DNA of 64,000 nucleotides, from the NCBI GenBank assembly GCA_903831745.1, contig CAIKYX010000260.1:16433-80432 (forward strand). The letters are read 5' to 3'. The first letter of the stretch is position 1. Every line of letters starts with the position of its first letter. Under the pieces are notes generated by a model. That model saw only the letters and a program-made list of their open reading frames with translations, searched no databases and was not told where the DNA came from. This stretch comes from Oligoflexia bacterium. Lineage in GTDB: Bacteria; Bdellovibrionota; UBA1018; CAIMNF01. Both the position numbers and the translations under genes were made by a program. Of this stretch, positions 9,270 through 17,945 are shown in pieces.

Positions 9270-9854
9270 TCAGTAGCAGGGAGTTACACCCCAACCTGTC
9301 GAGAAAAGGCCGATTTTAGCGCGAAAAGCGTCGCTGAGGTAAGAAAGCGGGCAAACCGGCGTTCCATCGAGCAACACCTGAAAAATGACGTTTCCGCTTC
9401 CAAAAAAAGCTCCGATGACTTGTTGATCGAGCACCGCAGCTCCGGGCTGCACGCTGACGTACTGAAGTCCGTAAAGCACTGTCGCGATTCGGCCCGAATG
9501 CAGAATACGCACCCAGCTAGTTACGCCGAACTGACTAGAGGTTCCGACTTCAGCCACCACACCGGCCTGCGGTGAATAATAATTTCCGCCAAAGACACCT
9601 CCACTCGAAAATGTCCAATAAGGCGTATTTGAATTAAAGCCACCCAATAGATTCGCGCCGAGACCACTTGGGCTTGCGACAATCTGATCAAGCTTGGGGG
9701 TAGGATTACTGAAAAGAGAAAGCGGGTCAGCACCGTTACCGCAACCCGAGAGTGAAACCGTTGTGATTAATGCAGTCGTGAGCAAAGCAATGAACCCCAT
9801 CAAATACTTCAACATGATTTGATTCTCCATTTTCTTCTTGGTCTGATTCATCAT
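9270..9854 (-). CDS. Putative lipoprotein (lipobox LSGC), function unknown; weak and degenerate M23-peptidase-like region
   Basis: Signal peptide plus an LSGC lipobox; Gly/Ser-rich. The segment VRILHSGRIATVLYGL…QQVIGAFFGSGN resembles the M23 fold but lacks the HxH motif. The likely start is the internal Met (MLKYLMGF…) at ~9815. Confidence 0.45.
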   Translation of the reverse strand: MMNQTKKKMENQIMLKYLMGFIALLTTALITTVSLSGCGNGADPLSLFSNPTPKLDQIVASPSGLGANLLGGFNSNTPYWTFSSGGVFGGNYYSPQAGVVAEVGTSSQFGVTSWVRILHSGRIATVLYGLQYVSVQPGAAVLDQQVIGAFFGSGNVIFQVLLDGTPVCPLSYLSDAFRAKIGLFSTGWGVTPCY

Positions 9855-9867
9855 AAACGTCCCTCTT

Positions 9868-10428
9868 CTATAACTTGAATTTCAATCCGGCTTCAAAAAT
9901 TCCATAAGTCAGCTCCGACTTACCAATCATAAAATTGACCGGCACTCGTCCGACCAGTGAAAATCCGCCCCCCAGATCCCATTGAAAACCGGGCCTGAGT
10001 TGCGCCATGAAATATTCATTGTACGAATAGGTAGAGGTATTGGTTCCACTGATGAAGGTCACCGCCATCCCGGCAGCAATACCGAAGGTAGTATAAAAAT
10101 TCTCCCAGACCTTGCCGGGCAATTCGATTCCTGCCATCACCGGAAGGATTCGAAAGCTTGATTTTCCATCTGCGTTCAGAGTGAAGGATTCGTAGCCTAT
10201 GCTGATGAAATTTGCGACCGCCGGATCAAGAAAACGATCAAAATACAAATCAGCGGTCAGTCCCAGGTTCGAGGTAAAGTTTTGACCAGCTTGTCCCATG
10301 GCCAAAGGCCACTGAAGGTTTCCGCCCACCGATTCAAATGCCCGAGCAGTATTCGGAGAAACTACTCCGGAAGCAGCCAGGAGAGTAAGTAACACAAGCC
10401 AACGATGCATTTTCTGAAATCGCTTCAT
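9868..10428 (-). CDS. Putative outer-membrane beta-barrel protein (OmpW/OmpA-like small barrel)
   Basis: Signal peptide MKRFQKMHRWLVLLTLLAASGVVSPNTARA, alternating amphipathic beta-strands and a C-terminal aromatic (…GLKFKL). The ORF is open to 10479, but Met at 10428 gives a proper signal peptide. Confidence 0.5.
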   Translation of the reverse strand: MKRFQKMHRWLVLLTLLAASGVVSPNTARAFESVGGNLQWPLAMGQAGQNFTSNLGLTADLYFDRFLDPAVANFISIGYESFTLNADGKSSFRILPVMAGIELPGKVWENFYTTFGIAAGMAVTFISGTNTSTYSYNEYFMAQLRPGFQWDLGGGFSLVGRVPVNFMIGKSELTYGIFEAGLKFKL

Positions 10429-10493
10429 ATGATTAAAGCGTAACGCAATGTTGCTGATATTCAACCCCAATCGAGTCATGGTAGAATGATTCT

Positions 10494-11207
10494 GTGAAAA
10501 TTATTTTCGAGGACCCTTGGATTATTGCGGTCGAAAAGCCATCAGGGCTTCCATCTCATTCCCTGAAAACCTCTGATACCAGCGCAGAATCTCTTCTGAA
10601 TGAGAGTCTTGCTCCCCATACCGCACTTCTGCTTCATCGCCTCGACACAGGCACCAGTGGAGTACTTCTCTTTGCCAAAGATAAAAACACTTACGAAAAA
10701 ATGCGCGAGAAATTCAAATTACGTGAAATTCACAAAGAATACCTCGCTTGGACCGAGAGCACTCCTGATCGACTGATGCGTGCAAAAGAGCTTCATTTTC
10801 CGCAAAAAATCGAGCTCCCCCTCGCCCATCATCCGAAAAGCGCAAAACGGATGATTCCGCTCGCCCCCGAAAAAAATGCTGAAAAAAAGCTCTCTTATCG
10901 CGGCAAACCCTTGCCCGCCCTGACTTGGATCGATGGCTTTCGAGAAACTTCCTGGCAAGGCATCGCCTCACTCGAATTCAAAATCAGAATTCCAACCGGG
11001 GTCATGCATCAAATTCGAGTTCACCTCAAATGGCTCGGGTTTCCGCTCATTGGCGACCCAATCTATGGCGATGAATCTTCGAAGTCACTTGCGGCGAGTC
11101 AAAGAATTGACTTAGGACTTCAGGCAAAACGGGTTGAATTCAAATTAAATAAAACTGCGTACGACATCACCTCACATGTTGACGCATCGCACAAGCAAGC
11201 CAAGTAA
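10494..11207 (+). CDS. RluA-family pseudouridine synthase
   Basis: 237 aa with the catalytic HRLDTGTSGVLLFAK and …MHQIRVHL… motifs. Confidence 0.85.
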   Translation: MKIIFEDPWIIAVEKPSGLPSHSLKTSDTSAESLLNESLAPHTALLLHRLDTGTSGVLLFAKDKNTYEKMREKFKLREIHKEYLAWTESTPDRLMRAKELHFPQKIELPLAHHPKSAKRMIPLAPEKNAEKKLSYRGKPLPALTWIDGFRETSWQGIASLEFKIRIPTGVMHQIRVHLKWLGFPLIGDPIYGDESSKSLAASQRIDLGLQAKRVEFKLNKTAYDITSHVDASHKQAK

Positions 11208-11211
11208 AAGG

Positions 11212-12363
11212 CTAGAACTGAAGCCCCATTGCTGACTTCATGAAACCCTCTGGATTTCGTGAAAACCTACGCGAGAAATCAGTATAACTGAGCGCGCCCT
11301 TTTCTAGCCCCAATCCGTAGAGTGCACCAACGTAGGCAGTGTAGATCTTACGTACATTCATCTCTACCTTCTGATAACGCTCACCCTGATCGAACGCCTT
11401 CGGATAACGATAAGGCCAGCGACCATCACCCAACTTCTCGTCCATCTTTTTGAATTCGTAGACGGTGTTAAATAGAAACGGCAGGAAAAAAGCCATGGTA
11501 CGGTTCTTCTGAACCTGAGCGAGCCTCAGTGAAAGGTATGCAGGCACATAGAAATGATGAATCATCGGGCTCAGGTCATCGCGATTCAGAATATTCGGAT
11601 AAAACTGATACGCATCATTTTTCTTCTCGCGCACTTTCAGTCGCGTCCACTCACCCACGAGATTCACATAAGCCTCGATCGTCTGTCCTAGATGCTCTTT
11701 GCGTGAGCCCTCGAGCCAGAGATCCTTGATCTTGGTCATACGATAAATCGGAAAAAAAAGTGTGGGCGAACCATCGACATTTCCTTTGGCCGCGATATCC
11801 TGAAAAATCACCGCCATGAATTGAAGGGTCTTCGCCCAATCATGATCGTTTCTTTCGAAGACCACATCCCAAAGCGAATGCGATTTTTGAAATCGATAGC
11901 TTTCTGAAAATTCGGTGTCGAGAGATTTAAAAAAATCTGAAAGAGAAGGTTGCACAGAACCTTCGATGGGTTTTAGATTTCGAGCGACTCGTTCGAAAGA
12001 CCCCATATCACTCATAAAAAGTCGAGGAGTCAGGCTCGAAAACGCGAGTTCATGAAGAGCAAAGCCCTTCTCGTCTTCTACCCAATCAATTTTAAGCTGT
12101 TCCGGATCGAGTTCCTTAAGAAAGGGTTTAATCGTATCGGTACAAGCCTTAAGGCGATCAGTATTCGTGTCAAACCAATCCAAAGAAAGCCCCACGCACT
12201 GATAAGCCAGGTAATCAGCGAGGCAACCCCTGATATGTTCTTTGCCGGGCTTTCCGCATTGCATAAGCGAATCGTAAATTCCGGCCTGAGAACTTAAACT
12301 GCAAAAAACCCCCGCTACCCCAATCAGGGTAGCGAGGGAATTAAAGTTAAAACCAGACTTCAC
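11212..12363 (-). CDS. Secreted hypothetical protein (signal peptide), function unknown
   Basis: 383-aa ORF with the N-terminal signal MKSGFNFNSLATLIGVAGVFCSLSSQA. I recognise no domain. It is contiguous with the upstream secreted-protein gene, so the two probably form an operon. Confidence 0.45.
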   Translation of the reverse strand: MKSGFNFNSLATLIGVAGVFCSLSSQAGIYDSLMQCGKPGKEHIRGCLADYLAYQCVGLSLDWFDTNTDRLKACTDTIKPFLKELDPEQLKIDWVEDEKGFALHELAFSSLTPRLFMSDMGSFERVARNLKPIEGSVQPSLSDFFKSLDTEFSESYRFQKSHSLWDVVFERNDHDWAKTLQFMAVIFQDIAAKGNVDGSPTLFFPIYRMTKIKDLWLEGSRKEHLGQTIEAYVNLVGEWTRLKVREKKNDAYQFYPNILNRDDLSPMIHHFYVPAYLSLRLAQVQKNRTMAFFLPFLFNTVYEFKKMDEKLGDGRWPYRYPKAFDQGERYQKVEMNVRKIYTAYVGALYGLGLEKGALSYTDFSRRFSRNPEGFMKSAMGLQF

Positions 12364-13554
12364 TTAAAACTCGTTTGAGTTAAAGAAAGGACAGTTTGCA
12401 TCGAACGAGAGGTGTGATTGAAGAACCGCGCTCTCTTTGTCTGCCAAAGTCCAAGGTGTTGGAAAAGACACTGCTTGACCGTTTTGAGTGATCTTCACAG
12501 TGGTTTGTCCCAGCGTGCGAGTTTCATCGCCTTTACAAGTTCCTTTAGATTTAGAGCCAATTACAGTGAAGGTACCGTTGATTGAACAACTATTTGCGAA
12601 GGTAGTGTTAGCCAGGTACTGAAGTACTTCGCCACTGAAGCTCACTACTGCAGTTTGTCCTGACAAGTTTGCACCGGCAAAACGGCCTGCGCCTACTTTT
12701 TTACGTCCAGCACCTGCGTAACTTACGTTAGCGTTGTAGATGCCGCGTCCGACTGACTGAATTTGCTTGCCGCCGTTTACAGTGTTATAAGTAGCATCAG
12801 CAGTTAAACCGATGTCTGCATTAGCACCGTTAAAAGTGAATCCGATTTTTTCGCACTCACCTGGAAGCAGAGCAAGTCCGCTGGCGCTGATATTATACAC
12901 TAAAGTTTTAGCATTCATCGGAAGATCGGCTGTTCCAGAAACCGTTTCTGTGACCTGGCGTGGAGTAATAATAGTACTTTCAGCATACCCAAGGTTAATG
13001 CGATTGCGTTTACCATTTTCTCCGTTCAGGATATTTGGAACCCATGAATTTGCTTTGATACATCCTGCGTGGGCAGCACCGGTGCACGACTCTTGCTCGA
13101 GCGCGCTTGCCGCGGCATGAATACGGTTAGAAAATTCATTCCAGGTGCGTGGTTTTTTAACACCCTGGCCATAAAAGTGCGGGTAAACCACTGGGGCGAG
13201 TGAGTTCAAGCCCACGATTGCTTGTGCCAGAATTTTTGTACGCTGAGTTGCAGTAGCTCTAGAATCATAGAACTCATCCCAAAGTGGAGATGCACCCGTG
13301 CCTTCTACTGTATCTTGATCATAGACGGTTCTGGTTACTTGACGTGACCAATGAAGAGTCGCGGTAGACACAACTTCACCGCTTGCATTGGCAGAAACTC
13401 CACCCGGCTGATTGGTATTTTGTGCATTACCGCATACGGTAATGGTTTTTGATGGTTGGCTATATTCGATAGTTTGAGAGTCTTGCGCATTGGCTGCACC
13501 GCAAACTAAAAATGATACGAACACGAAAGATGTAAAACGATTCTGAACACTCAT
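12364..13554 (-). CDS. Secreted hypothetical protein (signal peptide), Gly/Asn/Thr-rich, function unknown
   Basis: 396-aa ORF with the signal peptide MSVQNRFTSFVFVSFLVCGAANA. No recognised domain. Its stop abuts the start of 11212..12363. Confidence 0.45.
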   Translation of the reverse strand: MSVQNRFTSFVFVSFLVCGAANAQDSQTIEYSQPSKTITVCGNAQNTNQPGGVSANASGEVVSTATLHWSRQVTRTVYDQDTVEGTGASPLWDEFYDSRATATQRTKILAQAIVGLNSLAPVVYPHFYGQGVKKPRTWNEFSNRIHAAASALEQESCTGAAHAGCIKANSWVPNILNGENGKRNRINLGYAESTIITPRQVTETVSGTADLPMNAKTLVYNISASGLALLPGECEKIGFTFNGANADIGLTADATYNTVNGGKQIQSVGRGIYNANVSYAGAGRKKVGAGRFAGANLSGQTAVVSFSGEVLQYLANTTFANSCSINGTFTVIGSKSKGTCKGDETRTLGQTTVKITQNGQAVSFPTPWTLADKESAVLQSHLSFDANCPFFNSNEF

Positions 13555-13957
13555 GAAACCTCCTTGAGTAATTTTTCGAGACGAACGAGTTATACAATGA
13601 TTGTGTATTTATGCAATTCGAAATCGCGTCAGTTTTTCACACCCGGTACGAATCAATATCTTTCGTAAAAACCCCACTTCTACCGCGATAATTGCGGAAA
13701 AATACGCTTTCAGTAGTGAGCATTTTTTCGATGCATTCAAATAAAACAAATGAGCGACAAACACCTGCATTTGATGGAAGAAAAACCGAGCGTTCACTCG
13801 CCGATCAAAAATCGAGCGGAATCCTTTAAGAAATCCCGAGTCGATAAAAAGTGTTTATTAAAAGCGGTTCCGTCCGGGATGGAGGTTGAATCGTTGAATT
13901 CTTGAGTAAAATCAAACGATCCCTTCACTGCAAATATTTCTTAATTCATTCAGAACT

Positions 13958-14056
13958 TCCTGTCGCTTTTTTACTATTTACCCGCGTCCGCATCCTACTC
14001 TTCCGGCTTTCGCCATCCTGGCTCGCCGGAGCGGGCAAATAGCAAAAAAGCGACAG
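13958..14056 (-). ncRNA. Candidate structured RNA element or long imperfect hairpin (~99 nt) with a 27-bp closing helix and an apical GAAA tetraloop; identity unknown
   Basis: The arms 13958-13984 and 14030-14056 pair over 27 positions. Both mismatches are A·C if the plus strand is transcribed but G·U if the minus strand is, which argues for a minus-strand RNA. The apex on the minus strand reads GGC-GAAA-GCC. It lies between the nrdJ terminator and the promoter region of the 12364..13554 operon. Confidence 0.3.
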
Positions 14057-14117
14057 GCCGCTCTCCATGCTAAAGAGATATTTGGCGTGCAGGGTTCATT
14101 AGAAGTAAGGCGTTGGG

Positions 14118-14156
14118 AGATGACAAAAGGGCAGGATGGAAATTCCACCCTGCCCT
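14118..14156 (-). terminator. Rho-independent terminator downstream of nrdJ
   Basis: The minus strand reads GGGCAGGGTGG-aattt-CCATCCTGCCC followed by TTTTGTCAT. The GC-rich stem is about 11 bp with one mismatch, and it starts ~60 nt after the nrdJ stop. Confidence 0.55.
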
Positions 14157-14217
14157 ATCATTTCTATAGAAAAATCATTTCAGCGATTCCGACAAAGTCA
14201 TCGGAAAAAAGACCAGC

Positions 14218-17200
14218 TTAGCTGCAACCCATACTGTTGCCGCAATTGAGGCATCGATAACACGCACCATTTCGAACAGTGGTATGACCGCAAGAGTCGC
14301 ACGGAGGCGCATCGCCCATCATTTCAGCGAGCTGCCCATTGACTGGATCTGCTGCTCCGCCTTTTTCTGCGAATGGCATCGCCAATTGATAATCCATTCC
14401 TGGAAGTGGCGACCCACTTTTGATCGCATCTGCAGGTGACTTTGGATAAACCGTTTGCGAAGCGCCCTTTTCGACAGTCAAATCGACCGGTGGTTTGACT
14501 TGCAAGAAGTCGGTACGGCCGAGGTATTCCATGCCGAGAACGCGGAAGATATAATCGACAATCGAAGTCGCCATTTTGACATTCGGATGACCAGTGACGG
14601 GTCCGCTTGGCTCGAAGCGAGTGAAAGTAAATTTATCGACGAATTCCTTCATCGGTACTCCGTATTGGAGTCCGAGTGACACCGCAATCGCGAAGCAGTT
14701 CATCATTGAACGATAAGCAGCTCCTTCTTTATGCATGTCGATGAAGACTTCGCCCATGGTTCCGTCTTCGTACTCACCGGTACGAATGTAAACCTTGTGC
14801 CCCGCTACAGCCGCTTCGATCGTCAGACCTTTGCGTTTTGCAGGCAAACGTCTACGAACTGGCGCGAAAGTCATCTGCGCGACAGCGTTATTTACTGCAG
14901 CATTTGCTACGGCGGTTACAGCAGGTGTGGTTGCGGCAACAGTCGGAGTCGCTGTAGTGGTTTCGGCTTTATCTTCTTTCTTATCTGACTTGGTAGAAAG
15001 CGGTTGAGAGAGCTTACAGCCATCGCGATAAAGTGCTACGGCTTTAAGGCCCAACTTCCAACCTTCCATGTGAATTTCTTCGATCTCTTCGACAGTCGTT
15101 TCATTCGGAAGATTGACCGTTTTCGAAATCGCACCCGACAAGAATGGTTGAGTTGCACCCATCATGCGCACGTGGCCCATTGGCGCGATGAATCGCTGAC
15201 CTTTGGATCCGCATTTATTTGCGCAATCAAATACCGGCAAATGCTCGGCTTTGATGTGAGGCGCGCCTTCGACCGTCATCGTTCCGCAAATTTTCTCGTT
15301 TGCAGCTTCGATTTGGGCATAAGTCAGACCTGCATGAATCAGGTAGTTGAAAGTTGGCTTCTCGTATTCGCTTGCAGGAATTCCCAAACGCTTGAGAAGG
15401 TCTTCGCCAAGTGCGAAACGATTGAATGCACTGCTGATTTCGAAAGTTCCCGGAAGGGTCTTCTCGAGTTTTGCAATGTCAGCATCGTTGAAACCTTTTG
15501 ATTTCAAGAAAGCTTCATTCAAGTAAGGAACATCAGAGTTGAATTCCATCGTTCCGAGAACGTAGGTGATGATGTCTTTGATTTGAGTTTCATTGTATCC
15601 AAGGTTTCTGAGTGCACCCTGAACCGATTGATTGACGATCTTGAAATAACCGCCACCTGCAAGTTTCTTGAACTTGACGAGCGCGAAATCCGGCTCGATA
15701 CCGGTTGTATCACAATCCATGAGCAAACCAATGGTTCCGGTCGGAGCAAGAACAGTGACCTGTGCATTGCGATAACCGTGCTTTTCGCCCAGAGTGACCG
15801 CGCGATCCCACGACTCTTTTGCGGCTTTGGTGAACGAAAGCGGAGCTTTTGTTGCATCAATCTTATAAGCCGCTTCTTTATGCTTTCTCATGACCTTGAG
15901 CATTGGCTCGCGGTTTTTTGCATATCCAGGAAAAGCGCCGATTTTTGATGCTTCTTCTGCACTGACTGCATAAGCCTCGCCGCACATGATCGCCGTCAAG
16001 CTTGCTGCCCAAGCACGGCCTTCTTCTGAATCATAGGGAATACCTTTGAGCATCAGGAGGGTTCCAAGATTGGCATATCCCAAGCCCAGTGGACGATAAT
16101 CGTGTGAATTCTGAGCAATGGTTTTTGTAGGATAGCTCGAGAGGTCTACAAGGATTTCTTGCGCCACGATGAAAACACGGCACGCATGACGATACGCTTC
16201 GATATCGAAAGTACCATCTTCTTTGAGGAACTTAACCAGGTTCATCGAAGAAAGGTTACAAGCGGTATCGTCGAGGAACATGTACTCAGAACAAGGATTA
16301 GAGGCATTAATCTTGTCGGTATTCGCGCAAGTATGCCACTCGTTGATCGTCGTATCATATTGAAGTCCTGGATCTGCGCATGACCAAGAAGCCTGGGCAA
16401 TTTGCTTCCAAAGATCGCGGGCTTTGTAAGTTTGCACGACTTCGCCCGAAGTGCGGGCAATCGTGTTCCACTCTTTGTCTTCGAGCACTGCTTTCATGAA
16501 ATCGTCGGTAATACGGAGTGAATTATTAGAATTCTGACCTGCAACGGTCTTATAGGCTTCACCGTTGAAATCAGAACTATAGCCTGCAGAAATCAGGGCA
16601 GCTACTTTGCGCTCCTCTTTCATCTTCCAATTAATGAAATCTTCGATTTCCGGGTGATCCATATCGAGACAAACCATTTTCGCCGCACGACGAGTGGTTC
16701 CGCCTGATTTAGTAGCACCTGCGCCACGATCGAGCACTTCGAGGAAGCTCATCAAGCCTGATGAATAACCGCCTCCTGAAAGTTTTTCCTGGCGACCACG
16801 GATTTTAGAAAAGTTGGTACCGGTGCCTGATCCGTATTTGAACAAACGCGCTTCGTTCTTGATCAAATCGAAAATTGACATCAGATCATCGTCTACGGCT
16901 TGAATGAAGCAAGCAGAACACTGCGGGCGCTCGTAAGCGTTATTGGTTTCTTTAGTATGGTTGGCAATTGGATCGAATGCGTAATTTCCGCCTGAACCTT
17001 CGATTCCGTACTCAGCCCAAAGGCCGAGATTGAACCAAACCGGTGAGTTGAATGCGCCCATTTGCTTAACGAGCATGTAAGAAAGCTCAGCTTCGAAAGT
17101 TTCGGCATCAGAGTGATTGAAGTAACCCCATTTTTCGCCGGCGGTACGAAGTGTATGAGCCAAACGTTTTACGACTTGGCGCACTGAAGTTTCGTGACCC

Positions 17201-17592
17201 GTAACAGGTACTCCCGCCTTGCGGAAATACTTAGAAACCAAAATATCGATCGCAAGCTGAGTCCAATCAGCTGGAACTTCTACGTCCTTCATCTCGAACA
17301 CGGTCTTGCCATCCGTGTCCTTGATTTTCGATTGAGACTTCATGTACTGAATGCCATCGAGAGGATTAACGCCCGGTTTTGTAAAGCGGCGCGGCATTGG
17401 AATTGAATTTTGCTTAACGTCTCGCCCCATCTGCTCAGTGTTCAGAGTCTTGGTTTGACTCTTAGCGGTATTTTTATCCCCATTACTTTTCATTTCATTT
17501 TTTTGCACTGCAGCTTTGGTTTTCATTCCGAGCGTTTCTTTTTCCATATTTTTGACGTCCATTTCCCTTTTCCGAATCAATGTTGTTTTCAC
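14218..17592 (-). CDS. nrdJ: Class II (adenosylcobalamin-dependent) ribonucleoside-diphosphate/triphosphate reductase NrdJ, long monomeric form with a C-terminal Zn-ribbon
   Basis: 1,124 aa. The N-terminal NrdJ-type segment is …PRRFTKPGVNPLDGIQY…WTQLAIDILVSKYFRKAGVP. Active-site region: NASNPCSEYMFLDDTACNLSSMNL. The C-terminus has the motif CDSCGHTT…CYRCLNCGNSMGC. No separate beta-subunit gene follows. The first ~65 aa (Lys-rich) may be an extension, or the true start is an internal Met. Confidence 0.8.
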   Translation of the reverse strand: MKTTLIRKREMDVKNMEKETLGMKTKAAVQKNEMKSNGDKNTAKSQTKTLNTEQMGRDVKQNSIPMPRRFTKPGVNPLDGIQYMKSQSKIKDTDGKTVFEMKDVEVPADWTQLAIDILVSKYFRKAGVPVTGHETSVRQVVKRLAHTLRTAGEKWGYFNHSDAETFEAELSYMLVKQMGAFNSPVWFNLGLWAEYGIEGSGGNYAFDPIANHTKETNNAYERPQCSACFIQAVDDDLMSIFDLIKNEARLFKYGSGTGTNFSKIRGRQEKLSGGGYSSGLMSFLEVLDRGAGATKSGGTTRRAAKMVCLDMDHPEIEDFINWKMKEERKVAALISAGYSSDFNGEAYKTVAGQNSNNSLRITDDFMKAVLEDKEWNTIARTSGEVVQTYKARDLWKQIAQASWSCADPGLQYDTTINEWHTCANTDKINASNPCSEYMFLDDTACNLSSMNLVKFLKEDGTFDIEAYRHACRVFIVAQEILVDLSSYPTKTIAQNSHDYRPLGLGYANLGTLLMLKGIPYDSEEGRAWAASLTAIMCGEAYAVSAEEASKIGAFPGYAKNREPMLKVMRKHKEAAYKIDATKAPLSFTKAAKESWDRAVTLGEKHGYRNAQVTVLAPTGTIGLLMDCDTTGIEPDFALVKFKKLAGGGYFKIVNQSVQGALRNLGYNETQIKDIITYVLGTMEFNSDVPYLNEAFLKSKGFNDADIAKLEKTLPGTFEISSAFNRFALGEDLLKRLGIPASEYEKPTFNYLIHAGLTYAQIEAANEKICGTMTVEGAPHIKAEHLPVFDCANKCGSKGQRFIAPMGHVRMMGATQPFLSGAISKTVNLPNETTVEEIEEIHMEGWKLGLKAVALYRDGCKLSQPLSTKSDKKEDKAETTTATPTVAATTPAVTAVANAAVNNAVAQMTFAPVRRRLPAKRKGLTIEAAVAGHKVYIRTGEYEDGTMGEVFIDMHKEGAAYRSMMNCFAIAVSLGLQYGVPMKEFVDKFTFTRFEPSGPVTGHPNVKMATSIVDYIFRVLGMEYLGRTDFLQVKPPVDLTVEKGASQTVYPKSPADAIKSGSPLPGMDYQLAMPFAEKGGAADPVNGQLAEMMGDAPPCDSCGHTTVRNGACYRCLNCGNSMGCS

Positions 17593-17710
17593 GTTGTTGT
17601 TGTTGCTTAATTCCCTCTTTGGATCACTTTCCTAGCGAACTTCAGAGGCCAATCCCTTGTACTTCTTCCTGATGGTTTAAGGATCACCAGATAGGACCTT
17701 TTTGTAAAGA

Positions 17711-17760
17711 CACCACTACAGATTGTGGTGCCTGACACTATCATACCACATATTGTTGTA
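17711..17760 (-). promoter_or_regulatory. Two NrdR-box-like palindromes upstream of nrdJ, spaced ~31 bp centre to centre
   Basis: The two palindromes are caccactacaGATTGTGGTG (17711-17730) and accACATATTGTTGTa (17745-17759). Both are imperfect relative to the consensus acaCwAtATaTwGtgt, but they show the spacing characteristic of tandem NrdR operators. Confidence 0.3.
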
Positions 17761-17945
17761 TTTTTGCCACCGCGTTAGGTCCTCTTAGACATTAAGGTTT
17801 TTGTTTTTATGCCCTGTGACGGATGTTTTTTTGACGAGTTTGACATTGCGCGTTAAACTCATTTTCCTACGGTTTCCGTTTCAGGTCTTTTGAAGGTTTA
17901 GCCGAAAAGATTGAAGCAAGCAATAATGAAATTTTAGGTCAAAAA

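Noticed and set aside
9270-9854. Calling the lipoprotein an active M23 peptidase
   Set aside because: There is only a faint fold-level resemblance, and the catalytic HxxxD/HxH residues are missing. It is left as a lipoprotein of unknown function.
13609-13797. 62-aa minus-strand ORF in the 13555-13950 intergenic region
   Set aside because: It lacks an RBS context and has hydrophobic, low-complexity composition in an AT-rich promoter region. It may be a spurious ORF, though a small leader peptide cannot be excluded.
13958-14056. Possible signal-recognition-particle 4.5S RNA (ffs), suggested by its ~100-nt hairpin shape and GNRA apex
   Set aside because: The near-universal domain IV sequence CAGGUCCGGAAGGAAGCAGC (identical in E. 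coli and B. subtilis) is absent. The apex here is CCAGGAUGGCGAAAGCCGGAAGAG, so it is not called as SRP RNA.
14455-16460. Several 70-165-aa ORFs overlapping nrdJ (e.g. 15004..15501+, 15583..15948+, 15519..15860-)
   Set aside because: They are antisense to or off-frame from the 1,124-aa NrdJ frame, which has clear catalytic motifs.
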